A stretch of DNA of 64,000 nt from Eledone cirrhosa (Eukaryota). The position numbers and the translations under genes are program-made. Position 1 is the first letter of the stretch; the number at the start of each line of letters is the position of its first letter. The stretch covers positions 7,750,001-7,814,000 of the forward strand of contig OZ024752.1 in NCBI GenBank assembly GCA_964016885.1. Reading direction: 5' to 3'. This document shows positions 1 to 12,010 of the stretch, in pieces. The notes beneath the pieces were generated by a model. That model was not told the DNA's origin. It was given only the letters and a program-made list of their open reading frames with translations, and did not search any database.

Positions 1-310
1 TCATTTACAGTGAGTGCTGGTACAGTGAGTGCTGGGTGAGTACCGTGGCACGACCACTTCACAGTGGGAGGGTGTGGGGGCATACTGTCTATATGCTTCA
101 GCTTCGGTTTGTACCCGTGGGGGGGGGGGGGGTCTTCTGTATTACTGCGTGACGCCAGAGGTCAAGGTCGTGTGTTATCACTCTAAAGAGGTGCAATTGG
201 GTAAGGTCGACCTTTATCACCTCATCCCAGGTCTTCTAGGGTCTCCCCACTCCGCGGCTTCCATCGACTTCTAGTGCTCTGCACGTTTTTATGCACCTGT
301 CATCCTTCAT
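1..310 (-). mobile_element. RTE-type LINE 3' fragment
   Basis: Reverse complement resembles 24570-24830 (G.GRPRKTWD motif and 3' UTR). Confidence 0.6.
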
Positions 311-565
311 ACGCATCATGTATATATATATATATGTGGGTCATGTGTATGTATGTGTGTGTATATACAGGAAATTGAGGGAAAAAGTGGAGATATTTCC
401 ATATTTTATCTGATGTACATTTCTGTACCATCCCTAATTTACTGAGGTTTACAGAGTTATGTAATCCTGGACGTATAAAAAACATTTCTCCAGTCATTTT
501 CTCAATTTCCTCTCTATCGATTCTCCATGCATAACTTACTATAGAATAATTCTATAGTTCCAATA

Positions 566-820
566 TCTAGGTGATTAGATTAGCAAGGGAGGAGGGTGCT
601 CCGAGGCCATAGTATCTAGAATAAGGATAGGATGGAAGAAGTTTAGGGAGCTGCTTCCTCTGTTGACAATGAAGGGTTTCTCCCTACGAACGAAGTTCAG
701 CTAGGTGATGCCTGTGTAAGATGTGCGATGATGCATGGTAGTGAGACATGGGCAGCAACTGTGGAGGATATAAGAAGACTGGAGAGAAATGAAGCAAGCA
801 TGCTTTGATTGATATACAAT
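566..820 (+). mobile_element. RTE-type LINE fragment
   Basis: RIRIGWKKFRELLPLL...HGSETWA, homologous to 24250-24445. Confidence 0.7.
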
Positions 821-821
821 G

Positions 822-872
822 GGCTTCTTGATGATTTCTCCCGAATGAAACAGTTCTAGTTCTGTAGAAGCC
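822..872 (+). ncRNA. Type I hammerhead ribozyme-like motif, family A (core variant UUGAUGA)
   Basis: GGCTTC-TTGATGA-tTTC/TCCC/GAAt-GAAA-CAG/TTCTAGTT/CTG-TA-GAAGCC. Confidence 0.7.
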
Positions 873-901
873 ATTTTATATTATATATATATATATATAT
901 T

Positions 902-1092
902 TAATGAAGGAAGTGTGGTAAGGAACCAGGTGGACCATATCGCACCAGAGTACTCAATACTTTGGGTAGTAGAGTGGGTAATAGGAAAAGAGTCAGGACC
1001 CCGATGACTGAGCTCCGGCCGTTTCGGCACCGAGTTCAGAACTAGCTGTTGAAATGGCCAGAGCTCAGCTGTCGGGGTCCTGACTCTTTTCC

Positions 1093-1095
<3 letters not shown>
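902..1095. mobile_element. Fold-back element in (TA)n, family B (Penelope-like pLTR remnant)
   Basis: Inverted repeat 981-1095 plus a unique tail 902-980. Homologues at ~30490-30682, 35400-35617, 38102-38245 and 57818-58020. Confidence 0.65.
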
Positions 1096-1136
<41 letters not shown>

Positions 1137-1169
1137 TAATTAGAAAGTGAACAACACAAAATATAACTA

Positions 1170-1233
1170 CTCCATTACCAAAGGTTTCTGGATCACAGAT
1201 GACAATATACGCCTGCTCGGTCGTCAGACAGAG
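1170..1233 (-). ncRNA. Type I hammerhead-like motif, family G (irregular stem II)
   Basis: Reverse complement: CTCTGT-CTGACGA-...-GAAA-CC/TTT/GG-TA-ATGGAG. A partial sister copy lies at ~57430-57500 (+). Confidence 0.55.
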
Positions 1234-1350
1234 ATGTCATACCTAACATATATTTATATAACAACTTTGTTAATTTGCTGCTTCATAAATTATGTATTAG
1301 TTGCCTTCCATTTGGTTTCAAAGTAGATTTTATTCTGTTTATATTTTCAG

Positions 1351-1398
1351 AGACTGGAAATGGACCTTGATTATTGTCCTGTTATCTCTGATTATAGA
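1351..1398 (+). CDS. COIL: Coilin, internal coding exon (RLEMDLDYCPVISDYR); the gene begins upstream of the window
   Basis: ttttcAG acceptor and GTAAGT donor, phase 0/0. The peptide resembles the coilin Tudor-like motif LEL..Y.P.VSDYKE and splices in frame to the next three exons. Confidence 0.85.
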
Positions 1399-1427
1399 GT
1401 AAGTCCTCTTCAATCACATCGTCACAT

Positions 1428-2222
1428 CTCACATTATGATATCTTAATATCACATTATACAGTAAGATATCTTAATATCACATTATATAGTAAGATATCT
1501 TAATATCACATTATACAGTAAGATATCTTAATATCACATTATACAGTAAGATATCTTAATATCACATTATATAGTAAGATATCTTAATATCATATTATAC
1601 AGTAAATATCTTAATATCATATTATATAGTAAGATATCTTAATATCACATTATACAGTAAGATATCTTAATATCACATTATATAGTAAGATATCTTAATA
1701 TATTATACAGTAAATATCTTAATATCATATTATATAGTAAGATATCTTAATATCACATTATACAGTAAGATATCTTAATATCACATTATATAGTAAGATA
1801 TCTTAATATCACATTATACAGTAAGATATCTTAATATCACATTATATAGTAAGATATCTTAATATCACATTATACAGTAAGATATCTTAATATATTATAC
1901 AGTAAGATATCTTAATATCACATTATACAGTAAATATCTTAATATCACATTATATAGTAAGATATCTTAATATCGCATTATATAGTAAGATATCTTAATA
2001 TCACATTATATAGTAAGATATCTTAATATCATATTATACAGTAAATATCTTAATATCACATTATACAGTAAGATATCTTAATATCACATTATACAGTAAG
2101 ATATCTTAATATCACATTATACAGTAAGATATCTTAATATCACAAGTAATATATCTTTATCACATTACACAGTAAGATATCTTTATATCACACATTATAG
2201 ACCAAGATATGTTTATATCACT
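1428..2222. repeat. 28-bp minisatellite in a coilin intron
   Basis: AGATATCTTAATATCACATTATACAGTA, about 27 copies. Confidence 0.95.
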
Positions 2223-2506
2223 GGTAAGTCAGTTTTGTATATTATATTCGCATGGTAGATACTGGTGTATTTGAGTGGTTTAATTGACAACCATATGTGG
2301 TCTCAAGTGAGACAATTCCTGTCTAACCCATGCTAGCGTGGAGGATAGACGTTAAACGATGATGATGTGGACTTGGGTTTTACCCCACTTGCCGTCTAAC
2401 CCATGCTAGCATGAAAAATGGATGGTAAACGATGATGATGGCGATTTTGTACAGAATCATGGGCAAATATTTTCTATATAATCACAATTATATGTTTGTA
2501 GTTTGT

Positions 2507-2700
2507 AGGGCGGTGGATCGGCAGTGTCGGTAAAGGGTCGGACACCATGCTTTGCAGCATAGAGTTACGGCCCTTTATGGTCTGAGTTCAAATCCCGCCA
2601 AGGTTAACTTTGCCTTCCATCCTTACGGGGTCAATAAAATAAATTACCAGTAATACACTGGGATAATTGCTGGCCTTGTGCCTAAAATAGAAACAATTAT
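2507..2700 (+). mobile_element. tRNA-derived SINE with an apparent ~20-bp TSD (ACAATTATATGTTTGTAGTTT)
   Basis: A-box-like TGGATCGGCAGTGTCGG, B box GAGTTCAAATCCC, core GCCTTTCATCCTT.CGGGGTCGATAAAAT. Copies at ~10025-10215, 12085-12210 (-), 13833-14028, 18997-19095, 56642-56850, 56879-57090 and 62898-63090. Confidence 0.85.
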
Positions 2701-2852
2701 ATGTTTGTAGTTTCCATATCCAGACGACATCATGTTAGTGTTGAGCAAGACACTTCATTACACATTGATCCACTCCACTCAACTAAAACAATGACTACCA
2801 GCAGCAGATGTTGTAGAAATTATAAAATGTATTTTATTTGTGTTTTTTAAAG

Positions 2853-2922
2853 GAAGCAACCGTGGTAACATACGAAGATCAGACCAAGACAATAACCCTC
2901 AAGTTTCACAATTCTCAGGAAA
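2853..2922 (+). CDS. COIL: Coilin, coding exon (EATVVTYEDQTKTITLKFHNSQE)
   Basis: ttttttaaAG acceptor and GTATGT donor; 70 nt, ends in phase 1, matching the next exon. Confidence 0.85.
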
Positions 2923-4299
2923 GTATGTGGCTTTATAGAGATGTCCTGGGTATATATAGGTGTGTGTGGGGGGGCTTGGGTATATATAGGTGTGGGGGGG
3001 AGCTTCCTGAGTATATATAGGTGTGGGGGGGTGTCCTGGGTATATATAGGTGTGTGTGGGTGGGGGTTCTGGGTATATATAGGTGTAGGGGGGATGCCTT
3101 CCTGGCTATATATAGGTGTGAGTGTATGTGTGGGGGGGCTTCCTGGGTATATATAGGTGTGTGTGTGTGGCTTCTGTAGTATACGTGTGTGTGTATGTGT
3201 GTTTTACAAATTTTTTAAATGTACGTAAGTGTTTGTGTGTGTATATACAGGAACTGTTTATATGTATGTGTATATGATGTTTGTACACTGTAAGGTGGTT
3301 GTGCTGATGGCACTAGAAAAGCCCCACCCCCTCTCTTTTAAGGTGATTTCATGTTAGAAAGGGGAATTAGACGTAGAAAACTGAGCACAAAATAGAATAT
3401 CATCATCATCATTGTCATTTTAACACCTACTTTCCCTGTTAGAAGGGTTGGACAGGTCTATATAGACCAAGTCCATACTGGAGCGGAGCCACTGGTATCC
3501 CAGGCAAGCCAGGGATGTGTGTCTCGCTTATGTACGGTCTCATGTTCCATCAAGTGCTCAGGAGAGGTTGTCATGGCTTTGACACAACTGAGGGTCCTCC
3601 CATCCCTTTGCTTGGCAAAATTTCTACAGCTGGATACCCTTCCTTTCACCAACCACTTTACAGTGTATACTGGGTGTGTTTATCGTGTAGATCACCAACA
3701 CTGTATGTATGGGTGGTAGAGCACCCCTATCATTGAAATACCCAAGAAACCTCCTGTGAGATGTAACTTCACACGAGGCCAGCTAAACCAACATTGGTGT
3801 AAGCTGTAACAACAACATATATATATACAGAAGACCCCCCCCCCCATGGGTAAAAGCTGAAGCATATAGACAGTATGCCCCTACGCCCTCCCACTGTAAG
3901 ATGGTCATGTAGGCGCCACGGTACTCACCCAGCACTCACTGTAAATGAGGTTGGTGTTAGGAAGGGCATCCAGCTGTAGAAATCAAGCTAAAATCAGATC
4001 TGTATGAACAAGAGATGGTCACCTGACCTGGCATTTCCCACAACTGGACAACCCATCTAACCCATGCTAGCGTGGAAGAATAGTCGTAAAACTGTGATGA
4101 TGATGACACATATGAGGTAGACCTAGTGTCTCTATCATTAAAACAGCCAAGAAACCTCCTGTGAGATGTAACATAATACAAGACCAACTAAAACAATAAG
4201 GCCTGATACTTTGAAAGTGAGGAGAAAGAAACGTTGATCCTGCTGAGATTTGAACTCAGAACCTAGAGAATGGAACTAAATACTAGAAATCATTTTTGA

Positions 4300-4527
4300 C
4301 CCTTTAGTTACCAACCCGACCAAAACTGACTCTGGTTCTGTGAAATAAAGTCACCTATTTTAAAGGTTTCCAATTTAGATTAAAATCTTCCAACATAATT
4401 TTATATAAGAACCATTAAGTTACTATCTTAATAATGAAATAATCAATAATTTTAGTAAATCCCTCAAAATTCTTCATTAATTAATTAAAATAGAATGTAT
4501 TTCACTAGAAATGTGGTGATGAAAAGG
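4300..4527. mobile_element. piggyBac-like MITE family 2
   Basis: CCCTTTAGTTACC...GATGAAAAGG-TTAA; inverted homologue at 44672-44903 and a decayed copy at ~63290-63724. Confidence 0.7.
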
Positions 4528-4649
4528 TTAATCAAGTTCCTTGCCATCCATGCCACTCCAGTTTAAGATGTTATAACAATCCTCTCTTTCTGTTTCATTT
4601 ATTATTGTTTGTTTTTTTTATTTATCGCATGTTTATTGTTTGTTTTTAG

Positions 4650-4732
4650 CTAAAAGAACACTTGGAAAGTTCGAATTGAACTTTGAAGATGAAGAAGAAG
4701 GAAAGAGTGAAGATGAAACTGATGAAGAAATT
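4650..4732 (+). CDS. COIL: Coilin, coding exon (TKRTLGKFELNFEDEEEGKSEDETDEEI)
   Basis: tttttAG acceptor and GTAAGT donor; 83 nt restores phase 0. GKFEL matches the coilin PGKFDL motif. Confidence 0.85.
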
Positions 4733-5249
4733 GTAAGTAAAATATTTCACTTTTAATCCTCTAGCATTTAAACCAGCCATATCCTCTTTCTGTTCAGACT
4801 GTCTGTAACCTGCTGCTCATATTTATGTTAAGGTATTGTTCTAAAAATAAATAATATCAAAATCTCATAGATTCGATATTATATGAGATAATTATGAGAG
4901 GTAAAGCCTTTACTGTGAAAATACAATAGTATATATAGAGTAATGTAAATGTTATGTGAGGTAAAGCCTTTACTGTGAAAATACAATAGTATATATAGAG
5001 TAATATGAATGGTAAAGGGTTAAAACATTCATTCAGTGTTGAAAGACGAAGGGAGCTAACTCCTACCAAACTTGCGTAACTTGTCATTTATTAAGAATTA
5101 ATGTAGTAGAGTTGCTGATTCATTCAGAATCGCGGATTTATACTTATTATTTGGGAAGTGGCAGGGGCAGGAGATGCCAGTGGAAGACTGAGGCAGGGAT
5201 AACTAGAGCTGATCTCAAATTGTTGAATCTCTCAGAGGAGATGATAAAA

Positions 5250-6101
5250 CAATTGGAGGCATCTATTGGTGGTGTGGCCCCTTTGAAGATAGTCAACAGA
5301 CAATGCCTTTTGCACCCCCCAAAAAACTGAGGCCATCACCTTCCCTGCAGATGAAACAACCTTGGCCTCGTTTGGATCAAGTGAGGAGGGGTGTTTCCAC
5401 TGCATGGAATGTCTCTTTATCTCTGGCTCAAAGTGAGGAAACTGGCACTCATCCTGGGATAGGAAATGTTTAAAGAAACCAGCTGGATGTGCCTCAAACA
5501 ATGTCACAGTTCCCCGTGATGTAATCAACCTGGTTCACTTTTGATTGCAAGTCAGAAGACATGGCACCCACCGAGCAGAAGCCTTCGTCTTGCCAACTTC
5601 ATTGTGCAGAATATTCTCAACTCTCTCACGGGATATGCTAATAACATTGGCTATTTGATTTATAGTCAATCGCCTGTCATTTATTCCCATTTGGTGAACA
5701 TGATCAATGTTTTCCTGGTGGCAGTTGCAGGACGTCCAGTCCTTAGGTCATCTTCAAGACTCTCCCTTCCCCTCCTAAATTTAGCTGTCCCCACTTTTGC
5801 GCTGTTGTTAAAACTAAAGTGTCATCCCCTAATGTAGCAACCGTGTCAACATGAATGTTCTTGGTGGCTAAACCCTTTTTCTGTAAGTACTTGATAACAC
5901 CACAATGCCAAATTTTGTCCATTTTCAAGAGAAGTCACTACTAGTTACTTTTAAAGTCTTCTTTGAACAGTCAGATGACAGTTTACCTGGAAAGAAACAA
6001 TGTGGTTATTAATAAGAAGAGTTGAAATTGATGCATGCAAAGTTTCACAGCTCTAGCATCACTCCTTCACAGTCAGTGTATAAACTTTCAGCCGACCCTC
6101 G
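5250..6101 (-). mobile_element. Mariner (Tc1/mariner) DNA transposon, truncated pseudogene
   Basis: Transposase remnants MDKIWHCGVIKYLQKKG... and ...SMQWKH...SAGKVMASVFW...VDYLQRG; left end TA-CGAGGGTCGGCTGAAAGT on the - strand. Confidence 0.85.
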
Positions 6102-6889
6102 TAAGAAAGTGTGAGGGAGAGAGGTAGGGGTGGTGGTGTTGACAGTAACACCCAAATCCCGTAACAACTATTGAAAGGAGTTGGTAAGAGTATTAGAGAG
6201 AGAAAGGAATTGTTCTCCCTCAAATTGCAAATAACTAAAATAATCCATTTTGGTAGTTTTAGTTATTTGTTAAATTTATTTGATATATTTTGCTGTGTTG
6301 TGTTTATGTAATTGACTGTCTATAATTGTATAACAACTGTATGTATATATTATATAATAACTATATATATATATTATATAATAACTGTATATATATATAT
6401 TATATAACAACTATATATATTATATAATAACTATATATATATATATATATTATATAATAACTGTATATATATATATTATATAACAACTATATATATTATA
6501 TAATTATATATATATTATATAACAACTATATATATATTATATAATAACTGTATATATATATGTGTGTATAATAGCTATATATATTTATATAACAACTGTA
6601 TATATATATATATATATTATATTACAACTATATATATATTATATAATAACTGTATATATATATATATATATTATATAACTATATATATATATATATACAT
6701 ATATTATATAATAACTACTATATATATATATTATATAACAACTATATGTATATATATATTATATAACAACTATCATCATCATCATCAACTATATATATAT
6801 AACAACTATACATATATATATATATTTATATAACAACTATACATATATATATATATATAAAACAACTATATCTATGTATTTTATTGCAG

Positions 6890-6943
6890 GAAACTGTTGA
6901 CTTCAATACACTAATGGATGTGAAGTTACTGCCCAAGTCATAA
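6890..6943 (+). CDS. COIL: Coilin, terminal coding exon (ETVDFNTLMDVKLLPKS*)
   Basis: ttattgcAG acceptor and TAA stop at 6941-6943; resembles the coilin C-terminus (V.W.ELIDPRL). Confidence 0.8.
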   Translation, partial: ETVDFNTLMDVKLLPKS

Positions 6944-7344
6944 TCTCAATATCTTTGCCATTTTTTTACTACTTTAAAAAAAACCCTTCATTATATTGTC
7001 CTCTGCTGTCTTTAATGCTTTCTCTGTTGGCCTTTGATAAAGAAATCATCATCATCGTCATCATGATTATTATTATTATTATTATTAATGGCGACGAAAG
7101 TGTAAGACTTACAATTCTGGGTGACAAAATGTTCGTAAATTTAAGTTTGAATTGCTATTTTATAATTTTTTTTGTTGATAATGGGACAGAAAGTACCTGT
7201 CTTTGCCTCGGGGAAGGGAGATCTTTTAATATTTGGACTTTATTTTAAATTTTGGAAAATTCTTTCTATAAACAAAAAAGAAATGGACAAAACAGCATCC
7301 TCTGTCAGTCAGGTCATGTGACAACAGTTCTAACAGAAACCATC

Positions 7345-8395
7345 CCTACTACCACCCCAGAGGTGGACAGTGTTACTACTACTACTACTACTACCACCCC
7401 AGAAATGGACAGTGTTACTACTACTACTACTACTACCACCCCAGAGGTGGACAGTTTTACTACTACTACTACCCCAGAGGTGGACAGTGTTACTACTACT
7501 ACTACTACTACCACCCCAGAAATGGACAGTGTTACTACTACTACTACTACTACCACCCCAGAGGTGGACAGTTTTACTACTACTACCACCCCAGAGGTGG
7601 ACAGTGTTACTACTACTACTACTACTACCACCCCAGAAATGGACAGTGTTACTACTACTACTACTACTACCACCCCAGAGGTGGACAGTTTTACTACTAC
7701 TACTACCCCAGAGGTGGACAGTGTTACTACTACTACTACTACTACCACCCCAGAAATGGACAGTGTTACTACTACTACTACTACTACCACCCCAGAGGTG
7801 GACAGTTTTACTACTACTACCACCCCAGAGGTGGACAGTGTTACTACTACTACTACTACTACCACCCCAGAAATGGACAGTGTTACTACTACTACTACTA
7901 CTACCACCCCAGAGGTGGACAGTTTTACTACTACTACTACCCCAGAGGTGGACAGTGTTACTACTACTACTACTACTACCACCCCAGAAATGGACAGTGT
8001 TACTACTACTACTACTACTACCACCCCAGAGGTGGACAGTTTTACTACTACTACTACCCCAGAGGTGGACAGTGTTACTACTACTACTACTACTACTACC
8101 CCAGAGGTGGACAGTGTTACTACTACTACTACTACTACTATCCCAGAAGTGGACAGTGTTACTACTACTACTACTACTACTACCCCAGAGGTGGACAGTG
8201 TTACTACTACTACTACTACTACTATCCCAGAAGTGGACAGTGTTACTACTACTACTACTACTACTACTATCCCAGAAGTGGACAGTGTTACTACTACTAC
8301 TACTACTACTACCCCAGAGGTGGACAGTGTTACTACTACTACTACTACTACTACCCCAGAGGTGGACAGTGTTACTACTACTATTACCACCCCAG
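7345..8395. repeat. Minisatellite (33-45 bp, ACT-rich) with a 117-bp higher-order unit
   Basis: CCCCAGAGGTGGACAGTGTT(ACT)n units; a 42+42+33 bp triplet repeated about 6 times. Confidence 0.95.
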
Positions 8396-9434
8396 ACATC
8401 GTTGCCGACAACAACAACACCAGAAGCTGTCCCTGTGGATGTTCTCTTTGACACCCTTTAAGAAGCCAGGGCATACTCCATCACAACATTCCGCAATAGA
8501 GATCACCATGGTGCCAATGTAGTGTCTCCTAAAACTTGTTAGGGTTAGAGTAACCTAAGTGGCGCCCTCCACAGCCATGTCTTGGCTGTGGAGGGTGGCT
8601 GTCTTTGTCGACGTTGAGGAAACAGCGACAATCCTGAACAGAGTAAATAGAGCAAGAAAACTGGACAGGATCAGGGATGGAACTTCTGATTGAAACAAAC
8701 CGGGAGAATCTGGAGGCCATGCCCGATGTGGTAGACCTTGACAACGGCAGACACCTACCTGTGACCATTGAGGGTAGAAGGCCAAGGTGCCACATCTGTG
8801 AGGAGAAAACCCACCTAAAGGCCTTCTACCCAAAACAAAGAAAGGCAACTAATTCAATTGGAGACTTCCAAGAAACCCTGTTCAGAAGAATATAGAGAGA
8901 CATCGTTGTGGAGAAGAATACAACTAGCCAGACAGACAAAGTAACTGTCCCCCCAGCAGAAGCCAGGGGTAAGTTCTCGCTTGTTTCCTCCTTCGTTCAA
9001 CATGGCCTCTCTCAGAATAGGCAGTATAAATGCATGTGGCCTGGAGTTGCCTTTGAAGCAGGGTCACCTGCTCAACGACCTCAGGTCACTGAAGATAGAT
9101 GTGGTGGCCAACAGTGAAACCAGAATCTCGTCTGTCCGGACTGGAGCATTTGCTCTTCCCCTTTTTATGGAAGGAATGCGCTTTGATGGTCAGCCAGTTC
9201 ATCTGCTGTCAACACCCACTGGAGGACTGAGTGTGCCGTCACTGATGATGCGCAGAGGGTTTATCTCGAACACCTGCTGTCACGTGTGGGATGGATCTGA
9301 CTGTCAACTGAGTCCATCGTCAAAATCACCTCACTGCCCTTCCTTAGCCAGGAAGGGCAGGCTCTTTTTGGCTGGTGGACACGTCTGAAAGGGCTGAAGA
9401 CAGGCACTTTCCCTTTCGGCGACTTCCTGATTAA

Positions 9435-9653
9435 CCCTTTAGCATTTACATTACTCTATATTTGCTATTATATTTTCACAGTAAAGGCGTTATCTTACAA
9501 TATATTCTCACATAATATTGAATCTATAAGATTTTGATATTATTTATTTTGAGAACAATACCTTAACATCAGTACAAGCAGCTGGTTACAGCCATTTTGA
9601 ACAAAGAAGTGAGACAATTCTGGCCGGGTATGGCCAATTTAAATGCTAAAGGG
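9435..9653. mobile_element. piggyBac-like MITE family 1 (TTAA TSD), inserted in the Tx1-like element
   Basis: TTAA-CCCTTTAGCATTT...AAATGCTAAAGGG-TTAA. Other copies at 4757-5019, 31015-31198, 48073-48282 and 63380-63597. Confidence 0.8.
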
Positions 9654-10949
9654 TTAACTTCTTCAGGTTTCACTTGAAGAGGAAAATCAGGGTGGAGAAG
9701 GAAGTGCTGCCTTCAAAGCAATTTGTTGAAAGGCGGGTGAAGGAAGCATGAATGGGCCTGCTCTAAGCGTGTGCCTGTCTATTGAGGGAGGACACTTGCC
9801 CTGGCGGTCGGTGTGACTTTGGCTTTTGTGGGCTTTCTCCACAAGTAACCCTTGGAAGTCTCCCCCTACTGGGGAATTTTTTTGTTACATCCTTTGTTTT
9901 TGTTTTATACCTATTTTTACACTCAGAAACCCACAATGTACCTGTGCTGTCCTTAATGTAGCTTTTTGTAATAATAATAATGTTTTCTTTATTGAACTTT
10001 GTGGTCAATAAAGAAAACATTATTATTAGAGAGTTGGACGTCATGCTTTGCAGCACAGAGTTACGGCCCTTTATATTCTGAGTTCAAATCCCGCCAAGGT
10101 TAACCTTGCCTTTCATTCATCTGAGGTTGATAAAATAAAGTACCAGTAATGTAGGGAGTCGGTTAACGAGCCCCCCCCCCCCCCCCCACATTGTTGACCA
10201 TGTACCTAAGTCAGGCATCATCATCATCACCCTTGTCATCATTATCATTTTATTGTTTTTATATCAGTATTTGTAAATAATTGTAAATATTTGTAAAATA
10301 TTAAAGTTTCTGTAAAACCAATATTGTGTTATATGTTCCTTCTTTAACATATTACTCTCTCTCTCCACTTCTCTCTATCTCTCTCTCTATATCTTTCTAT
10401 CCACTTCTCACTCCATATCTATTTCTATCTCTCTTCCTCTCTTTCTCTCTCTCTTTCTCTCCATTTCTATCTCTGTCTCCCTCTCTCTCTCCACCCCTCT
10501 CTCTCTCTCCACATGTCTACACAGACCACATATATCAAGACAAGACAAGATATGCAATAGAACAAGATCTGAACCAAGAGGAACAGGTATATTGAGAATG
10601 TCTGATGTAAGAACCTTGAAAACTAAATAACTATCTGCTTATTAAACTTAACGAGGGATTGATTAGTTACCTGACTAATAGTAAAATTGTTGTGAAACTA
10701 ATCTAATGAATTAATACCTGTATTTTTAATGGTAACATGATTGTCCCAAGGTGTAACAATACCTGTTTTTAATCACAATTTCAAGAATCTTGCAAAAATA
10801 TATACATATATATATGTATAGTGTTATATGTATATATATATGTATAGTGTTATTGCTGTTTATGCAGTTGTTCTTACTTCGTCCCACCCTTGCAAGCAGG
10901 GAAAAGCGGACGTAAAATGATGATGGTGATGATATATGTATGTATGTAT

Positions 10950-10989
<40 letters not shown>

Positions 10990-11759
10990 GTATGTAAAAG
11001 GTAAACAGAAATAACAACACAATCGGTACAGTATATGGAAGGAATATATTAGGTTAACGCTTGAAATAACAGGAAGAGGGCCTTAATGTTTCAGACGCTA
11101 GTCCTTCATCAGAAGAAAGATATATATATATATATAGTAATAATAATTATAATGTATATTATATATACATATAATATACATATATATATACGTACATATA
11201 TGTGTATATATATATATATAGAGAGAGAGAGATTATTACCAAACAAAGCATTGGAGGGACCCTACAATTGTGTCAAAGATATGACAATCTCCCTTATGCT
11301 TGTATCATCATAAAAGAGCTTCAAAGCTCATTTTATAGTATGAAAACTAGTCTAATATTTTGGTGACATAAGCCCCTGGATGTAAAAACAGTGGACTGCA
11401 CCACCTGTGTTAGTAAAACTCACAACTGTTGTATATCTTGCAGTTATGCTATCATTAAGCTGGAGTTGTTAGATTTGATTTGAAACTTCATAACTCGTTC
11501 AATGGTTCTGATTGATATATCTTCTATTAACAGAAAAAAGGGTCAATAACCGCCTCCAAAAAATATTGTGCTGCGAAACACACAACATAACATTGTAAAT
11601 GATGGAAATTTCCTAAATTGGTGGAACTTTTGGTAAAATGTGTGATGAGAAAGTAAATGCTGGAAATTCCCACATAATGTGTGAAAGTTGTTAAGCCAGC
11701 ATATGTGTGTTCACACACTGGTGTAGAGAAATTGTTAAATTGTTGTGTTGTCATATAGT

Positions 11760-12010
11760 GACGGCACATGTCCTAGCGGTAAGGGTGTTGGACTTACGGT
11801 CGTAATGTCGTGGGTTCGATTCCTGTGTTGTGTTATTGAACAAAACACCTCATTTCATGTTGTTCCAGTATACTCAGCTGAAAAGAAAATGAGTACCAGC
11901 AATAGCTGGAGGTTTAACCCTGTAATGGACTGGTGTCCTGTCCAGCAGGAGTCTTGTACTCTCAGTCGCTTCACTGAGCCAGTGCTTATCCTGAAACCAG
12001 GATGAGCACT
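11760..12010 (+). mobile_element. Second tRNA-derived SINE family (inverse copy at ~26430-26695)
   Basis: tRNA-like head CCTAGCGGTAAGG...GGGTTCGATTCC; body CCAGTATACTCAGCTG...GAGTACCA...CCTGTCCAG...GAGTCTTGTACTCTCAGTC. Confidence 0.75.

Larger units (their letters stand above)
7088..10019 (+). mobile_element. Tx1/L1-like non-LTR retrotransposon, internally deleted, in (ATT)n
   Basis: ORF1 remnant with a gag-like knuckle (RCHICEEKTHLKAF); APE N-terminus MASLRIGSINACGL...DVVA.SET; 3' ORF2 remnant at 9660-9760; AATAAA near 10007; ATTATTATTA on both flanks. Confidence 0.65.

Noticed and set aside
7252-8474. 399-aa Thr-rich mucin-like ORF and overlapping poly-V/S/L ORFs
   Set aside because: Four frames on both strands are open because every unit length is a multiple of 3. 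There is no signal peptide, and the ORF lies inside a retrotransposon remnant.
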